Assembly (NCBI GenBank): GCA_046497275.1 | Contig: JAWOFX010000042.1 | Span: forward strand, 1-6,363 | Length of the DNA stretch: 6,363 nt | DNA from: Promethearchaeia archaeon | Lineage (GTDB): Archaea; Asgardarchaeota; Lokiarchaeia; Sigyniarchaeales; SOKP01 | Direction of reading: 5' to 3' | In this document: positions 5,482-6,363 of the stretch, one piece after another | How positions within the stretch are numbered: position 1 is the first letter of the stretch | How the letters are laid out: every line of letters starts with the position of its first letter | Translations under genes and position numbers: made by a program | The notes under the pieces: generated by a model | Told to the model about the DNA's origin: nothing | What the model saw: the letters and a program-made list of their open reading frames with translations, nothing else | The model's database searches: none

Positions 5482-5609
5482 ATGCGATCTACCGTTTGTT
5501 TTGGTTTTTGATAAGTAGGCACATCAGTTTCGTTAATTACAAAGAAATATGAACTAAGATATTTTTCATAGCCTAAATCAAATGCTTTCTCTAATTTGTT
5601 TGTAGCCAT
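5451..5609 (-). pseudogene. recU: Truncated recU paralog, 52 aa (43 RecU-like residues plus 9 unrelated)
   Basis: MATNKLEKAFDLGYEKYLSSYFFVINETDVPTYQKPKQTVDRI-KYLVKHIIE*; 39/43 aa identical to the intact gene; lacks the ExK catalytic motif. Confidence 0.85.
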
Positions 5610-5675
5610 AATTACAAGAAAGTAGGATATGAAGATTCATCTTTAGGAAGAGTCTATTAATTTAGTAATTTGTTT
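5482..5675. repeat. Long direct repeat, copy 2 (includes R copy 3 at 5629-5675)
   Basis: See copy 1 at 3550-3743. Confidence 0.95.
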
Positions 5676-5688
5676 AAAAAAAAAGAGT
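5676..5688 (-). terminator. Oligo-T terminator of the 104-aa gene, directly before R copy 3
   Basis: Minus strand reads CTCTTTTTTTTT about 20 nt after the stop at 5704. Confidence 0.55.
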
Positions 5689-5703
5689 AGAATTAATTTA
5701 TGA

Positions 5704-6018
5704 TTACCTAGATCCCCAAACTTTTAATCCAATTAACATATTAAGCATTTCTTTTAGTTCTTTCTTCTCTTCATTTCCTTTTATGATGAAGATCTTTTCA
5801 TTAATGATTTTCTCTATGTCCTTTTCTTCTAATTTCGCATATTTCCCTTTAAGCATATGTTCACCTCTATCACAATACGATCCTATTTTTTCATTATAAA
5901 GGAATCTAGATATTGCTTCTAAAGGACACATTAATACACCAGAGAATAACCATTCTTTTTGATCTTCTGATGCTTCCTTTGGAAATAAGGATTCAGAATA
6001 GTCCCAATGTAAAGGCAT
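5704..6018 (-). CDS. Hypothetical protein, 104 aa
   Basis: ORF track; strong RBS 10 nt upstream, own promoter and terminator. Confidence 0.85.
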   Translation of the reverse strand: MPLHWDYSESLFPKEASEDQKEWLFSGVLMCPLEAISRFLYNEKIGSYCDRGEHMLKGKYAKLEEKDIEKIINEKIFIIKGNEEKKELKEMLNMLIGLKVWGSR

Positions 6019-6028
6019 TTTTCCTTTC

Positions 6029-6037
6029 TCACCTCCT
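6029..6037 (-). promoter_or_regulatory. Shine-Dalgarno AGGAGGTGA
   Basis: Complementary to the 16S 3' tail UCACCUCCU; 10 nt from the ATG at 6018. Confidence 0.75.
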
Positions 6038-6083
6038 TTCTGTTTTATTTGACTAAATCCTTATGATCTATAATGAAACATTC

Positions 6084-6099
6084 CATAAATACTTTTCGG
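6084..6099 (-). promoter_or_regulatory. BRE-TATA promoter of the 104-aa gene
   Basis: cCGAAAAg-TATTTATG on the minus strand. Confidence 0.5.
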
Positions 6100-6250
6100 T
6101 TATTCTTCTTGGAGAGAATTTGTTTAAAGAGGATTTGGGAGAATATCGATCCTTAAGAAAATTCTAGATCAGGAGTCAATCTATATAGTTGATCAAGAAT
6201 TCTATATATTTCTTCTGCTGATCTCCAGCAAAAAAAGGTCTTTTAATTTT

Positions 6251-6363
6251 TTAGATCCCTTGTTCTTCCCAAGTAGCAGGAGTCTTCACACAAAATCTAC
6301 AACTTAATCTGTTCAAATTCTTTTTTTCATACAAAGGATTAAGTTTAATATTATGATTTTTGA
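6251..6363 (-). CDS. C-terminal end of a probable PAPS-reductase/PP-loop family protein (...KNHNIKLNPLYEKKNLNRLSCRFCVKTPATWEEQGI*)
   Basis: Hand translation, frame from 6361; the start lies outside the window. HNI..NPLY....RLSCxxC matches the family pattern l..nPLY..G..R.gC..C. Only 36 aa are visible. Confidence 0.5.
   Translation of the reverse strand, partial: KNHNIKLNPLYEKKNLNRLSCRFCVKTPATWEEQGI

Larger units (their letters stand above)
3744..5675. mobile_element. Inferred 1,932-bp insert bounded by the 194-bp direct repeat, containing a nested 856-bp R-bounded module
   Basis: Direct-repeat geometry, truncated recU at one end and intact recU at the other, and a GATC-poor interior. No integrase or transposase in the window, so mobility is inferred only. 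Confidence 0.45.

Noticed and set aside
3550-5675. Diversity-generating retroelement (template/variable repeat pair)
   Set aside because: Differences are not adenine-specific on either strand (C, G and T all vary) and are synonymous-rich; the repeat covers a gene 5' end; no reverse transcriptase is present.
3697-5675. CRISPR array or mini-array made of the R copies
   Set aside because: Repeats are about 50 bp and separated by 0.8-1.0 kb containing whole genes; no cas genes.
6181-6202. Three abutting short palindromes (CTATATAG, TTGATCAA, GAATTC)
   Set aside because: Short and AT-rich, with no larger structure; probably chance.
1-6363. tRNA, rRNA, integrase, transposase or terminal inverted repeats
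   Set aside because: No cloverleaf or rRNA-like GC-rich tract; no catalytic tyrosine/serine recombinase or DDE motif set in any ORF; no IS-type inverted ends seen.

Overview
Very AT-rich window (about 27% GC, estimated by eye) of short, mostly orphan genes. It looks like part of an archaeal virus, plasmid or integrated element, probably from an Asgard/Lokiarchaeia-like host. Support for an archaeal host: BRE-TATA promoters (CGAAA..TTTATA), leaderless starts about 23 nt after TATA, a GGAGGTGA Shine-Dalgarno, oligo-T terminators, RHH-like and Zn-ribbon microproteins, and a DUF2299-like gene. Recognisable proteins: a RecU-family Holliday junction resolvase (3201-3677, -), a ParB/Srx-like DGNHR protein (4623-5138, -), a protein with a split Hin-type HTH signature (3825-4538, +), and the C-terminus of a probable PAPS-reductase/PP-loop protein at the right edge. 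The main unexplained structure is a ~50-bp non-coding element (R) present in three direct copies at 3697, 4553 and 5629. Two copies sit just upstream of a recU 5' end: one intact gene, and one 86%-identical copy that breaks off after codon 43 and joins a headless foreign ORF. This defines a 1,932-bp insert with a nested 856-bp module, both bounded by R and nearly devoid of the GATC sites that are frequent elsewhere. I infer a gene-capture or cassette hotspot at the resolvase locus. All family calls are from motif recognition only; no searches were run.
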